Shown one piece after another: positions 36,375 through 49,039 of a stretch of DNA of 64,000 nucleotides. This stretch comes from Octopus sinensis (lineage: Eukaryota), in contig NC_043022.1 of the NCBI RefSeq assembly GCF_006345805.1, forward strand, positions 2,046,001 through 2,110,000, given 5' to 3'. The notes beneath the pieces are model-generated. The model had not been told where the DNA came from, did no database searches, and was given only the letters and a program-made list of their open reading frames with translations. A program made the position numbers and the translations under genes. Each line of letters starts with the position of its first letter. Position 1 is the first letter of the stretch.

Positions 36375-36968
36375 ATATATATATATATATATATGTATAT
36401 AAACGCACATATATACATATGCATAGATATACCTATATATATATATATATATATATATACTCTACCACTGGTATTTGAGTACTCTTTTTTTCCACCTTGT
36501 TTCACATTTATGTGTTTACTCCAGTATATATATATATATATGTATATATACCATTCGCTTCTCTCACCTCTTTCTATCCTTCTGCCTTCCTTCCCCACGC
36601 TCTTCCCTCTATTCTACCCCCACCCGACAATACCTGTTCTTATAACTCTCACCACCACCACCATCCTTTCTATTATTCTTCACATTTTGTCCTCATCCTT
36701 CTCTATACCTTCTGACTCCCCTTTCCTCCTCCACCTGCCTTCTTATACAGCCCCCCCCCGCCTCTGTCATTTATTCCCTATTCTGCCTTTAGTCTCCTCC
36801 TGCCACCAATTTTACTTTTTTTTTTTCCACCTCTTCCTCTCTTCCCCTCTTCCTCCTCCTCTCGTCTCCTGTCTCCTCTCCCTTCTCTTCCTTGTCTCCC
36901 TTCTACAACCTGATGTAATATCAGACATCAAATGTGAAACCGATTGACCTGTTTAAAAGTACAACCAC

Positions 36969-37023
<55 letters not shown>

Positions 37024-37084
37024 CTCCACCACCACCACCACCACCACCACCACTACCACCATCATGCATATATTCACACGTGTG

Positions 37085-37367
37085 TGTTTGTATGAATATC
37101 TATCTATCTCTGTATCGTGTGTGTGTGTTGTGTGTGCGTATATATATGTGTATATATATATATATATATACTTTACTGTCTGTTTATCCATCTATCTGTA
37201 TGTATGTATATAAATATACATATATATGCACACATTTATATGTGTCTATATATATATATATATATATGTGAATATGGGTATATAAATGGGTTTATATATA
37301 TATATATATATATGTGTGTATGTATGTATGTATGTATGCATGTATGTATATATGCATATATGTGTGC

Positions 37368-37409
<42 letters not shown>

Positions 37410-37650
37410 GTTTATATGTGTCTATATATATATATATATGCACATACATATGTGCATACATATATATATATGTATATATATATATATAATATATATATAT
37501 ATATGCACACATTTATGTGTCTATATATATGTATATATATATAGAGAGAGAGACTGAGAGAGAGAGGCGTGTAAATGACTTTATATATATTTATATATAT
37601 GCACATACATATGTGCATATACATATATATATATATATATGCGTATATGT
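37085..37650. repeat. (TA)/(TG) compound microsatellite
   Basis: Direct inspection. Confidence 0.97.
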
Positions 37651-38015
37651 GTGTGGTGTGTGTATAGTCAGTAAACCATCGCTACAAAACACAGTATTGG
37701 TAATTTAGTTTGTTCTTTCATTTTTTTAATGTTATCGCTCTTAAGTAAATTGCTCTCTTTTTGTGAGGAGAGGAAGGAGAGAAGGTGGTGGACGATTTTA
37801 AATGGAACGTATCAAAAGAACTCAATACCGCATAACACCTACGTATACACCTGTACATATGCACATAGATATAGCCGTTCGTCTATTAGAATGTGTGTAC
37901 ATACACACTTATATACATATAAACATACACACTTATGTATATTATATATATATACATACACACATACACACTTATGATCAATATGCATATATGAATGTAT
38001 GTGTGTGTGTATATA

Positions 38016-38424
38016 TTTACTCTTTTACTCTCTTTTACTTGTTTCAGTCATTTGACTGCGGCCATGCTGGAGCACCGCCTTTAGTCGAACAAATCGACCC
38101 CGGGACTTATTCTTTTGTAAGCCCAGTACTTATTCTATCGGTCTCTTTTGCCGAACCGCTAAGTGACGGGGACGTAAACACACCAGCATCGGTTGTCAAG
38201 CAATGCTAGGGGGACAAACACAGACACACAAACATATACACACACACTTATATATATACATATATACGACAGGCTTCTTTCAGTTTCTGTCTACCAAATC
38301 CACTCACAAGGCATTGGTCGGCCCGGGGCTATAGCAGAAGACACTTGCCCAAGATGCCACGCAGTGGGACTGAACCCGGAACCATGTGGTTGGTAAGCGA
38401 GCTACTTACCACACAGCCACTCCT
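38016..38424 (-). mobile_element. SINE family A, full length
   Basis: Reverse complement of the family sequence. Confidence 0.93.
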
Positions 38425-38440
38425 ATATATATATATATAT

Positions 38441-38559
38441 ACGTAAAGTATACTAGCCATCTCGATATGACTAACCACTAAGGGTGGGGTTTACTAAAGC
38501 TTGTAGTCCCACCCACCCTTAGTGGTTAGCCATATTGAGATGGCTAGTATACATTACGT
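38441..38559. repeat. Near-perfect palindrome built from Helitron-internal sequence
   Basis: gtaaagtatactagccatctcgatatgactaaccactaagggtgg and its reverse complement; the same motif occurs at about 38667 and 45523. Confidence 0.88.
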
Positions 38560-38600
38560 TGTCCTCGTTCAGAGATTTATTATTGCTATATATATATATA

Positions 38601-38974
38601 CTAGCAGTATCGCCCGGCGTTGCTCGGGTTTGTAAGGGAAATAATTATATAAGCATTTTTAGAGATGTAAAGTATAATAGCCATCTCAATATGGCTAACC
38701 AAAAGGGGAGGGGTGTTACTGTAGCTTTTTACGTTCTGAGATTTAATAATAAATTTTAGAGAGTTACTTCCCTTATATGTCAAAAATGGATTAAAAATGG
38801 GAAAAATTGATGGTAAATTTTTTTTAAATCGTAGACTCATCGTAGACGCGCGCTAATACCCAGACGGTCTCGATATGAATCACGACTATAAGATACTGCA
38901 CCGCAAAATGTGGGAGTAGTTAGGAATCTAAATCGTAGGAGACAGACCCACAACCTCACTTTTATATATAAAGA
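38601..38974 (-). mobile_element. Non-autonomous Helitron A
   Basis: Terminal hairpin + CTAG; TC start. Confidence 0.9.
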
Positions 38975-39037
38975 TTTCCTCTTTTACATAATATTGAGGT
39001 CTCTTTCTTACTTTTGTTATCTTACTGTTTTTTTACC

Positions 39038-39082
<45 letters not shown>

Positions 39083-39097
39083 ATAATATATATATAG

Positions 39098-39416
39098 TTA
39101 CAGAGATGTACTTGCATAGCAAGTGACTTGATCTGAGATCGTGTGCTGGAACGAAAACAGTTGCAGCGTTGAAGGTGTTTATAAGCCATTTAAGAAACAC
39201 ACAAAAACCGTTAGATTCACTTCAACATTTAAATTTAATTTGTCAAATATTTTCGTCGCTTTGAGACCGCGACCTGTTAGCACGATATTTTTGTCAGTGA
39301 ACAGGTCGCGGTCTCAAAGCGAGGAAATATTTTGGCAATTAAATTTAAATGTTGAAGTGAATCTAACGGTTTTTGTGTGTTTCTTAAATGGCTTACAAAC
39401 ACCTTCCACGCTGCAA
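39098..39416. mobile_element. Inverted pair of the 17.6-kb pLTR-like repeat
   Basis: Arms 39161-39278 and 39300-39416; GTGAACA hammerhead-like core at 39297-39303. Confidence 0.8.
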
Positions 39417-39774
39417 TATATATATACACACATATATATATGTATGTATGTATGTATGTGTGTATATGTGTATGCATGTATGTGTGTGTGTGTGCGTGTC
39501 TGTGCTTGTGATTGTCCTCCACCACTGCTTGACAATGAATGTTGGTTTGTTTACATCCCTGTCACCTAGTGTTTGACAAAGGAAACAGATAGAATAAGTA
39601 CAATGCTTACAAAAAAAAACTGGAGTTGATTCATTAAACTACAATTCTTCAAGGCATTGCCCCAGCATGGCCACAGACCAATGGCTGGAAAAAGCAGAAG
39701 AATAAAAGAATACATTCTCTGCTTTGGTCTTATGTTCAAGGCATGAGAAAGCTTGAGTTTACATGAGAAGGCCT

Positions 39775-40065
39775 AACAGACCTGGTAGAAACAGCAGCCA
39801 AATCTCCCTCAAATCACACCTTACTGTCTTATGTATGTATATATATATGAGCCAATGAGGGGGACATCTACATGGTAGCTAGACCTGGTAGAAATAGCAG
39901 CCAAATTTCCCCCAAATCACACCTTACTGTCTTATCTATGTATATATGTATGTATGAGCCTATGAGGGAGACCCCTACATGGCAGCTAGACATGGTAGAA
40001 ATAGCAGCCAAATCTCCCTCAAATCACACCTTACTGTCTTATGTATGTATATATATATATACATA
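39775..40065. repeat. Three tandem ~105-bp units
   Basis: gac(c/a)tggtagaaa(c/t)agcagccaaat recurs at about 39779, 39882 and 39989. Confidence 0.88.
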
Positions 40066-40479
40066 CATGTGTGTATAGATGAATATATAAATACATTTAA
40101 ATATCTATATACACTTTTGGGCGATCTTTCTGCTTCTTAGAGATAACTTTAGATGTTATATTCGTCCTAAATAACTTTGTATGAATTGAAAAAGTAAATG
40201 AATTGAAATCTAAAAGAAAGGAATTTGTTTACATACATGTGTAAAATGGCAAATGTTTGTGCAGTTGTCCGATGGAACTGATGTATTATAATGAATAGTC
40301 CTTCTTCTTGTGAATATTAATTTGATTAATATGAACTGAAAACCAGTGGTGTAGCATAGGTGATCTTCTAGCAAAAAGATGACCAGTCTGAATGGGTCGT
40401 CCCTGTCACACACCACACACACACACCACCCTCCACACAACGCACACACACACACACACACACGTTAGCTTACAATGTC

Positions 40480-41034
40480 TGTCAACAATTGACACTGTCG
40501 TATATATTAGCGTGTCTATGTGTCTAAAGAGGAAGTGGGAGTAATAGGCAGAGTAAAGGCTTCAAAGTGAAATGTTAAAATATTGAGTTTTCTCTCGAAT
40601 TTTGTCTTAATTGGGGGTGAAATTGAAAGAAATTTTGTATGGCATGACCCAATGGAAGTTCTTTGAAAAATCATAGGTAAAGTCTAATTGAAGAAATTGT
40701 GTGAGGAGTAAATCATTAGTATTTATTTGTTTCTGTTTGCTGCTTTCTTTTTGAATATTACATCTAGTTTCACTTTATTCGTTGCACACTGTATGTGTGC
40801 GTTTGCGTGTGCTGTAAACCAGACTAAGAAAAGCATTTGACATACACACACAGAATGTGAGTTTTCTGTAAATTTTGGCTTAATTGGAGTTTAAATTTTA
40901 AAAACTGGACCTGGCATGACCCGATGCATTCTACTCTTAAAAATGCTAGGTAAATTGTAATTGAAGAAATCCTATATTGTAGATTTCTATAACTTACAAA
41001 GGGAGGCAGATAAAATCTGCCTTTTATAATAAGA
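40480..41034 (-). mobile_element. Second Helitron-like family (B), 5' portion; another copy at 42330-42724
   Basis: Shared ~245-bp block ending gggaggcagataaaatctgccttttataataaga (reverse strand begins TCTTATTATAAAAG). Confidence 0.55.
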
Positions 41035-41569
41035 CTAGCAGTATCGCCCGGCATTGCTCGGGTTTGTAAGGGAAATAACTATATAAGCATTTTTAGAGAG
41101 TTATAGCCAAAAAATAGCAAAAAATGCATTAAAAATGGAAAAAATATGATGGTAAATTTTTTTTAAAATCGTTGACTCATGTAGACGCTTTCTTAGCCAT
41201 TTCTGTTTTGGTGTCTTCAAGCCATGAAGTCGTTGTTCTAAAAGAACACTGGTCTCCTTGACAACGCATTACGACGTTGATTTCCTTACACTCCCTTCCC
41301 CACAGGTGCAGGTGTGAGCGTGGACGCCAACTCCGCCGCCATCGACACACGAAAAATTATGCATTAAAATGGAATAAAAAATTATGTTAAATTATTTTTT
41401 AAATCGTAGACTCATCGTAGACGCGCGCTAATATTCAGACGGGCTCGATATGAATCACGACTATAAGCTACCCGAATTTGGTTAAACTGTACCGCAAAAT
41501 GTGAGAGTAGTTAGGAATCTAAATCGAAGGGGACAGACACTCACACAACTACAGTTTTATATATATAGA
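41035..41569 (-). mobile_element. Non-autonomous Helitron A with an extra internal segment
   Basis: CTAG end and TC start; segment 41188-41350 is absent from the other copies. Confidence 0.85.
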
Positions 41570-41589
41570 TATACATAGCGCAGTAGTGG

Positions 41590-41930
41590 TGAGATATGAC
41601 AGCAAAGAAAAGCATACATTCACTCTCTGCATGCAATTAGACTCGGAAAGTTCGTGAGGAACCCATTGACCCAATTTGCTGACTTTTCCGATAGCACACA
41701 GGTGTCAATGAATGGTTGAATGACCAAATCCAAGCTTCTCTGCTAGTTCCTCAACAGTTACGATGATATTTTGTTCCACCAGGGTTTTCAGGATGTCCTT
41801 GTCGAGTTTTACAGATCTTTCAGGATGAGGCTCGTCTTCTGTTTATGGCTCGGGATTTCTGGAACCACCATTGACACTGCCTTACGCTTATTGTCCAATC
41901 CCCATATACTGCATTAATATTTCTTGTACT
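41590..41930 (-). mobile_element. mariner transposase N-terminal fragment
   Basis: RNINAVYGDWTISVRQCQWWFQK ... TVEELAEKLG ... KLGQWVPHELSE. Confidence 0.88.
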
Positions 41931-42733
41931 TTGCACACATTTATATTCTGTTATTCTTTTATATGTTTCAGCCTTGAGGTTGTGGCCATGCTGGATCATG
42001 TGTGTGTGTGTGTGTCTATCTGTCTGTCTGTCTGTATGTATATATGTATATGTATGTGTGTGAACAATAATATTTTCAACAGATGTGTTGCAAATGTATC
42101 TGATTGTTCTCAAGCTTCAATACTGTGTGTTGTGTGTATGTGTGTGTGTGTGTATGTATGTATATGTATGTATGTATGTATATGTATGTATGTATGTATG
42201 TATGTGTGTGTATGTATATGTGTGTGTATGGTGTGTGTGTGTGTATGTATGTATGTATGTATGTATGTTGTATGTATGTATGTATGTATGTATGTATGTA
42301 TGAGTGTATGTTTACTTTATTACTAATTACTCTCTTCCAAGAACATTTTCACTCACTCTTAGCTCTTAGCTTCCATACATTTTACTCATGTATCTATCAG
42401 CGTCATAGACAGAATACTTTCACTTTAGTCTTCCTCAAATCACCTCTGTCGCTATTTACTTTCATTTTATTCGTTGCCCACTGTGTGTGTGCGTTTGCGT
42501 GTGGTGTAAACCAGACTAAGAAAAGCATTTGACACACACACCAGAATGTGAGTTTTCTGTAAATTTTGCTTAATTGGAGTTTAAATTTTTAAAACTGGAC
42601 CTGGCATGACGCGATGCATTGTACTCTTAAAAATGCTAGGTAAATTGTAATTGAAGAAATCCTATATTGTAGATTTGTATAACTCCCAAAGGGAGGCAGA
42701 TAAAATCTGCCTTTTATAATAAGATTTATAATA

Positions 42734-42779
<46 letters not shown>

Positions 42780-43110
42780 GTTAATCCAAAGAAAACAAAA
42801 AGACAACAACGCAAGGATGTGGAACAAATAAAGTATTATTGGACGCTCAGGAAAGAAGGGAAGAAGGAGGGTTTGACGTTTCGAGCGGAGCTCTTCGTCG
42901 GAAACATGGGAGAAGGAAAGATCCCGAGACGGGAGGACAGAGGAAAAAAAATCGCCGGTGGTATTCACAAGTTCACATACAAAAAAGACGGAAGTAGTAA
43001 AAATGGAGGGAAATGTTTTTAAAAACAAGAGAGCTGAATCAAAGAAGGAATGGTAAAAAAGGTGTGCGAGATGACAAGGGTGAGTGTGTGAGTGTGTATG
43101 GTGGACAATG
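42780..43110 (-). mobile_element. Penelope-like pLTR remnant with a hammerhead-like motif
   Basis: GTTT-CCGACGA-A-GAGC-TCC-GCTC-GAAA-C-GTC-AAAC at 42905-42871. Confidence 0.6.
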
Positions 43111-43156
43111 GCTAGTAGCAGGCAGTAGTAGAATTAAGGGGTATATATATATATAT

Positions 43157-43550
43157 ATGCTAGTTTATGATATTGAGATGTGGAGCCTCTGCTCTGGACA
43201 GGAGCGGTGTCTCAATGTCTTACACATTCGCAATTTAAGACGCATCTTGGACATCAAGTGGACCGACCACATCACCAACACCAAAGTCCTCAATCGAGCC
43301 TAGATATCCTGCATACACATCTTGCTCTAGCAGCGCCGTTTGCGCTGACTCGGTCGTGTTCATCGCATGCCAGTCGGAAGGATCCCAAAAGACCTCCTGT
43401 ATGGGGAAATTGGCTAATGGCACAAGGGTACGAATACAACCTCATCTTCGTTTCAAAGACGTCTGTAAGAGAGATATGAAGTCGCTTGATCTGGACTTCC
43501 CGAGATTGGAGAAAGTTGCAAATGATTGCCTGTACTGGAGGCAAATACAG
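43157..43550 (+). mobile_element. RTE/BovB-like LINE ORF2 C-terminal fragment
   Basis: LRRILDIKWTDHITNTKVL..RA, RIPKDLLYGE, RFKDVCKRDMK. Confidence 0.88.
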
Positions 43551-44564
43551 TATGTTAACGTGTATAAGGAACCTTTCTTTGTCAAAAATTAGGTTAAAAA
43601 AATATGGGAGTTTCTTATACATGGATAGTATTATAATCCCTTACAAAACCATTTTTTTCCAAATTTTAAGCCCCCCCCCCCCACCCCAAAAAATTGGGGG
43701 ATTCCTTATACATGTTAAAATACGGTACAACAAAAAGCAATGAAGCGAATGGAAAAAAAAACAGGAACTCGCCATTGAAGAAAAGCGCACTCGACCGAAG
43801 GAAAAATCGGCAGCGTCGGCAGAGAGCTCGTTTAGATGCAGTCGCCATATGTGTGAAGTCGCCATATAGTTTGCGAAGAAGAGCTTGGCTTGAAACGTAA
43901 AACACCCTTACTTTCCTTCCCTGAGCGTTTTATTAATACTTTGCTTGTACCACGTTCTCGAGTTGGTGGACATAATGTTTGTCCCCTAATGTTGGTGTGG
44001 TTGCGTCCCCGTAACTTAGCGGTTCGGCAACAAGGACCGATAGATAGCTGCTAGGCTTACAAAAGATAAGTTCGGGGGGGTGCGATTTCTTCGACTAAAA
44101 AAGGTGCTGTTAGCATGGCCACAGTCAAATGACTAAATCAAGTAAAAGAATAAAAGTATAGCTATATATATATATATATATAATCAGTTTCAACCATTAA
44201 ACTGCGGCCATGCTGGAGCAATGCCTTGAAGAATTTTAGTCAAACGAATAGACTGCTGTGCATTATTTCTCTTTTGAACGTGGTACATGTTCTATTGGTC
44301 TCTTTTTGTTGAACCGTTAAGTTACAAGCAGGTAAATACATGGACACCAGTTGTCAAGCGGTGGTGGGGGACGAACACATACACAAAGACACACACATAG
44401 ATAGAAGTATACATATATACGAGGGGCTTCTTTCGGTTTCCGTCTACCAGATCCACTCACAAGGCTTTGGGCTACGCGAGGCTATGAGGCTGCAGTGGGA
44501 CTGAACCTCGGATCATGTGGTCGAAAAGCGAAATTCTTAATCATGTAACTACGGCCTTGCCTCT

Positions 44565-44835
44565 ATGTGTGTGTGTGTGTGTGTGTGCGTGTGCGTGTGT
44601 GTGTGCGTGTGTCTGTGTGTGTGCGTGCGTGCGTGTGTGCGTGCGTGTGTGTGTGTGTGTGCGTGTTCGTGCGTGCGTGGGTGTGTGTGTGCGTGCGTGC
44701 GTGGGTGTGTGTATGTGTGCGTGCGTGCGTGTGTGTGCTGTGTGTGTGTGTGTGGTGCGTGCGTGCGTGTGTGTGTGTGTGTGCGTGCGTGTGCGTGCGT
44801 GTGTGTGCGCGTGTGTGTGTGCGTGCGTGCGCGCG

Positions 44836-44867
<32 letters not shown>

Positions 44868-44955
44868 TGCGTGCGAGCGTGCGTGCGTGCGTGCGTGCGT
44901 GTGGGTGTGCGTGCGTGCGTGCGTGCGTGATGTGCGTATGTGTGTGTGTGTGTGT
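44565..44955. repeat. (GT)/(GCGT)n microsatellite
   Basis: Direct inspection. Confidence 0.98.
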
Positions 44956-45445
44956 TCGTTCCTCTAATTCACCCTCCTGGATTTAATACTCTTTTTTTTT
45001 CTCTTTTTATCGATCCCGAAAGCATAAAATGCAACGTTCACTTCGATAGGAAAATCGAAGAATCTCTACGGAAATTCCCTTCCCCGCTGCAACCTTCTAC
45101 AAACAACAACAGCAATTCGCCTCCTTCTTGTCGACTTCCGTACATAAAAGAACTTTAATATAACAGGGGTTAACACAAAGTGAGCCAACATAAAGGGTTA
45201 TAAAGAAAGCCACGGCGATAAGAGCCTTATAAATCAGCCATTTACGACCGGCCTACCTATAGAGATAAGAGCGAGTTATCTCTTCTTGTACAAAGTGTTA
45301 CATAAGGCAACGAACGAAAGACCGACCGATCGGCCATTCGCTGGTTTGAAATCACCAGTCTTTCGCTTCACTGAACAATTCGATTCATTATCAAGATTTA
45401 TGAGCGGAAATTTACTTCGTAGTTCATTCGTGTTTTATATAAATA

Positions 45446-45842
45446 CTAGCAGTATCACCCGGCGTTGATCGGGTTTGTAAGGGAAATAACTATATAAGCA
45501 TTTTTAGAGAGTTATAGCCAAAAAGCCATCTCAATATGGCTAACCACAAAGGGGGGGATGTTACTGTAGCTTTTTACGTTCTGAGATTTAATAATAAATT
45601 TTTAGAGTGTTACTTACCTTATATATGCCAAAAATGCATTAAAAATGGGAAAAATTGATGGTAAATTATTTTTTAAATCGTAGACTCATCGTAGACGCGC
45701 GCTAATACCCAGAAGGGCTCGATATGAATCACGACTATAAGATACCCGGTTTTGGTTAAACTGCACCGCAAAATGTGGGAGTAGTTAGGAATCTAAATCG
45801 TAGGAGACAGACACCACACAACCTCTCTTTTATATATAAAGA
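45446..45842 (-). mobile_element. Non-autonomous Helitron A
   Basis: Terminal hairpin + CTAG; TC start. Confidence 0.9.
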
Positions 45843-45914
45843 TTACTTAACTATTTGTGGTTATTTTAGTTTCGTTTATGTGGCAATATCAGATGTGTAA
45901 ATTAGCATGTATTC

Positions 45915-47033
45915 GTAGCTATGTTAATCCTGCGTTTGCGTTTGAGGCTATATCACTCCAGTTAATCCTTTATCCATAGCTTTATCAATCCAATGTTTGG
46001 AATTAAATTACTCTTGTACTTTCTGTTACGTCTGTCCTATGTTCATGGCGCCATATTAGGTCTTTGTACATATGAGATCTGTTGCTATCTGTTGGTAACT
46101 AAATCCCGCGAGTGTGGCTATCATAATCTTGTGTCTGTTGTTATCTTAATCCTATTTGTGGCTATACTAAACTTGTGTTTGTAGCTATATAATCCTGCTT
46201 TTCTGGACTTCTGGATTTCTCCCTCTGTTTTTTCATATGTATGTATGTATGTATGTGTGTGTGTGTGTGTATGTCTGTTTAGGCATGTATGTATGTATGT
46301 ATGTATGTATGTATGTATGTATGTATGTATGTGTGTGTGTGTGTGTGTGTATGCATGTCTGTTTAGGCATGTATGTATGTAGTATGTATGTATGTATGTA
46401 TGTATGTATGTACGTACGTATGTATGTATGTATGTATGTATGCATGTCTGTTTAGGCATGTATGTATGTATGTATGTTGTATGTATGTATGTGTGTGTGT
46501 GTGTGTGTGTATGCATGTCTGTTTAGGCATGTATGTATGTATGTATGTATGTATGTATGTATGTATGTATGTACGTACGTATGTATGTATGTATGTATGT
46601 ATGCATGTCTGTTTAGGCATGTATGTATGTATGTATGTATGTATGTGTGTATGTGTATGTACAATATTATGATGAGAAATGGAGAGTTTTAACTAATAAG
46701 ATTTAATTTATTAACATATTGTCAAAATTCTCTGTTACCCACAATCGTTTCTATACTCAACTCATTCAATTAAAAATTGCATCTTGAAATATATATATAT
46801 AATTACAAAATGGGACAAGAACGCAAAACAATCAAATAGACGATACAAAAAACACGGACGGGTCATTTAAAGCCTCTAATCTTCAGTCAAGAACCGGATC
46901 ATCCTCGTAATTTCGGCTGATTAATCTTGAGATTGCTCCAATCTGGCCAGCCCCAAGGAAAAACTAAGCTACGAGCATTAGACTTCTTGAGAAAAGGATC
47001 GACTGTATACGAAACAAGGACAGAAAAACGGAC

Positions 47034-47064
<31 letters not shown>

Positions 47065-47500
47065 ACCTGTGTTAAGAGCTACGCTAATCTTGTGTTTGTT
47101 AGTATATTAGGTTTGTATATGTGACTAGATAAGGCTGTGATTGTGGCTATATAAATCCAGTTTATCGCTATATTAAACATGTGTATATGGCTATCTTAAT
47201 ATTGTATTTGCGGTTATATTAATCCCGTGTTCATCACTATCATAATCTTGTATTTATAATCCCATTAATCATCTATCTGTGGTTATATTAATCTTGTGTT
47301 TATGGTTATATTAATCCTATTTGAGGCTATATTAATCCTGGGTTTAGGGCTATTTTAATCACATGTTGACGCTTATATAAACCCAGCGTTTATCGCTATC
47401 TTAGTTCTGTATTTGAGATTACGATAATCCTGTATATGTGCGACTGTACAAGGCCTGTGTATGTAACTGATTTAATCCTACATTTGTATCTGCTAATCTC
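45915..47500. repeat. Degenerate ~22-bp minisatellite split by (TATG)n (46235-46660) and a pLTR-like insert (46800-47035)
   Basis: Approximate unit GCTATATTAATCCTGTGTTTGTG in blocks 45915-46200 and 47060-47500. Confidence 0.8.
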
Positions 47501-47732
47501 CATGACATTGGAGATCAGTACACACAACGAAGACGAAACTTTTATATGGTCTTTCGATCTTCTAGAAATAGCAGACAAATTTCCCTTACACAACGCCATA
47601 ACTTTTAAAAAGCAAAAACAGACGACACATTATATAAGGTGTTTGGGGATAAACTGTTTTTGTAAATAAGACAGAATAGGGTAGATCGCAGATCTACTCG
47701 ATCAAGAATTGTTTTTCATTCATATTTGGTTG

Positions 47733-48088
47733 GATGGAAGCACTCCGTCGGTTACGACGACGAGGGTTCCGGTTGATCCGAATCAACGGAACAGCCTGCT
47801 CGTGAAATTAACGTGTAAATGGCTGAGCACTCCACAGACACGTGTACCCTTAACGTAGTTCTCGGGGATATTCAGCGTGACACAGGTACAACAGAAACAG
47901 GAAGTAAGAGTGAGAGAAAGTTGTGGTGAAAGAGTACAGCAGGGATCGCCACCACCCCCTGCCGGAGCCTCGTGGAGCTTTAGGTGTTTTCGCTCAATAA
48001 ACACTCACAACGTCCGGTCTGGGAATCGAAACCGCGATCCTATGACCGCAAGTCCGCTGCCCTAACCACTGGGCCATTGCGCCTCCAC
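47733..48088 (-). mobile_element. SINE family D with TSD
   Basis: TSD TCATTCATATTT at 47716-47727 and 48089-48100. Confidence 0.92.
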
Positions 48089-48246
48089 TCATTCATATTT
48101 ATAGCGCCAATGTATCGTAATTTGGTCCTAAATTCACATTTCTTGAATTTTGGATAGAGATTTTCTTGATCGTAAAGCTAAGCTACCTGCAAGTAAAATA
48201 ACAAACACGTATTCAGCGTGTGTGAGGGCAGACTTCGCAATATTAA

Positions 48247-48281
<35 letters not shown>

Positions 48282-48827
48282 TTACACCGCTATGTGAATC
48301 AGAACGGAGGCGCGTAACTTAATGGTTAGAGTATTCGGCTCAGGATCGTAAAGCCGTGAGTTCGATTCCTGACATCGATTTTTGCCTTTCGTTTAACCGA
48401 GGTTGATAAGATAAGTACCAACCGAATACTCGGGTCCATACAAATATCTCCCCTAGAAATACAGGCCCTGTGCCTTTAGCAGAAACACTAATCAATTTCT
48501 AGAAAAAAAAAATGCTATTTTTGTCATCAGCATGCAAACCTACCTCAAAATTACACTTTTTACTAAAAATTGTAATCTGGGGAAAATTTGGAAAACTTTA
48601 AATGGTTGAAAGAAATTTAACAAGATTCTTGTAGTTTGTGAGATTTATTTGGTTCTTGTGTTTTTGACTATTCATCGTGTCTTGTGTTTAGTTACTTCTG
48701 AAAATATATTAAATATTGTCTGCGGAATTGGTTCGGCTGAGAATAGCGAATTTAATTAAGCTTTAAAAAGGAAATCTTAATGGCTCACACTATAAAACCA
48801 AGCTTTGAAGAGTGCAACCGCATTACA

Positions 48828-48862
<35 letters not shown>

Positions 48863-49039
48863 TATATATATATATATATTATATATATATATATATATTA
48901 TATATATATATATAAACATACATATACACACACATATATGCATACATATACATACACGTATAATATGGTTCATATATACATATATACACACAAACACACA
49001 CATACACACACATCAGTTTTAGTATTATATCGTTATTAG

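Noticed and set aside
46895-46975. GGCTG...CAGCC-GAAA in the pLTR-like insert as a hammerhead
   Set aside because: The CUGANGA core is absent (only TTG precedes the stem)
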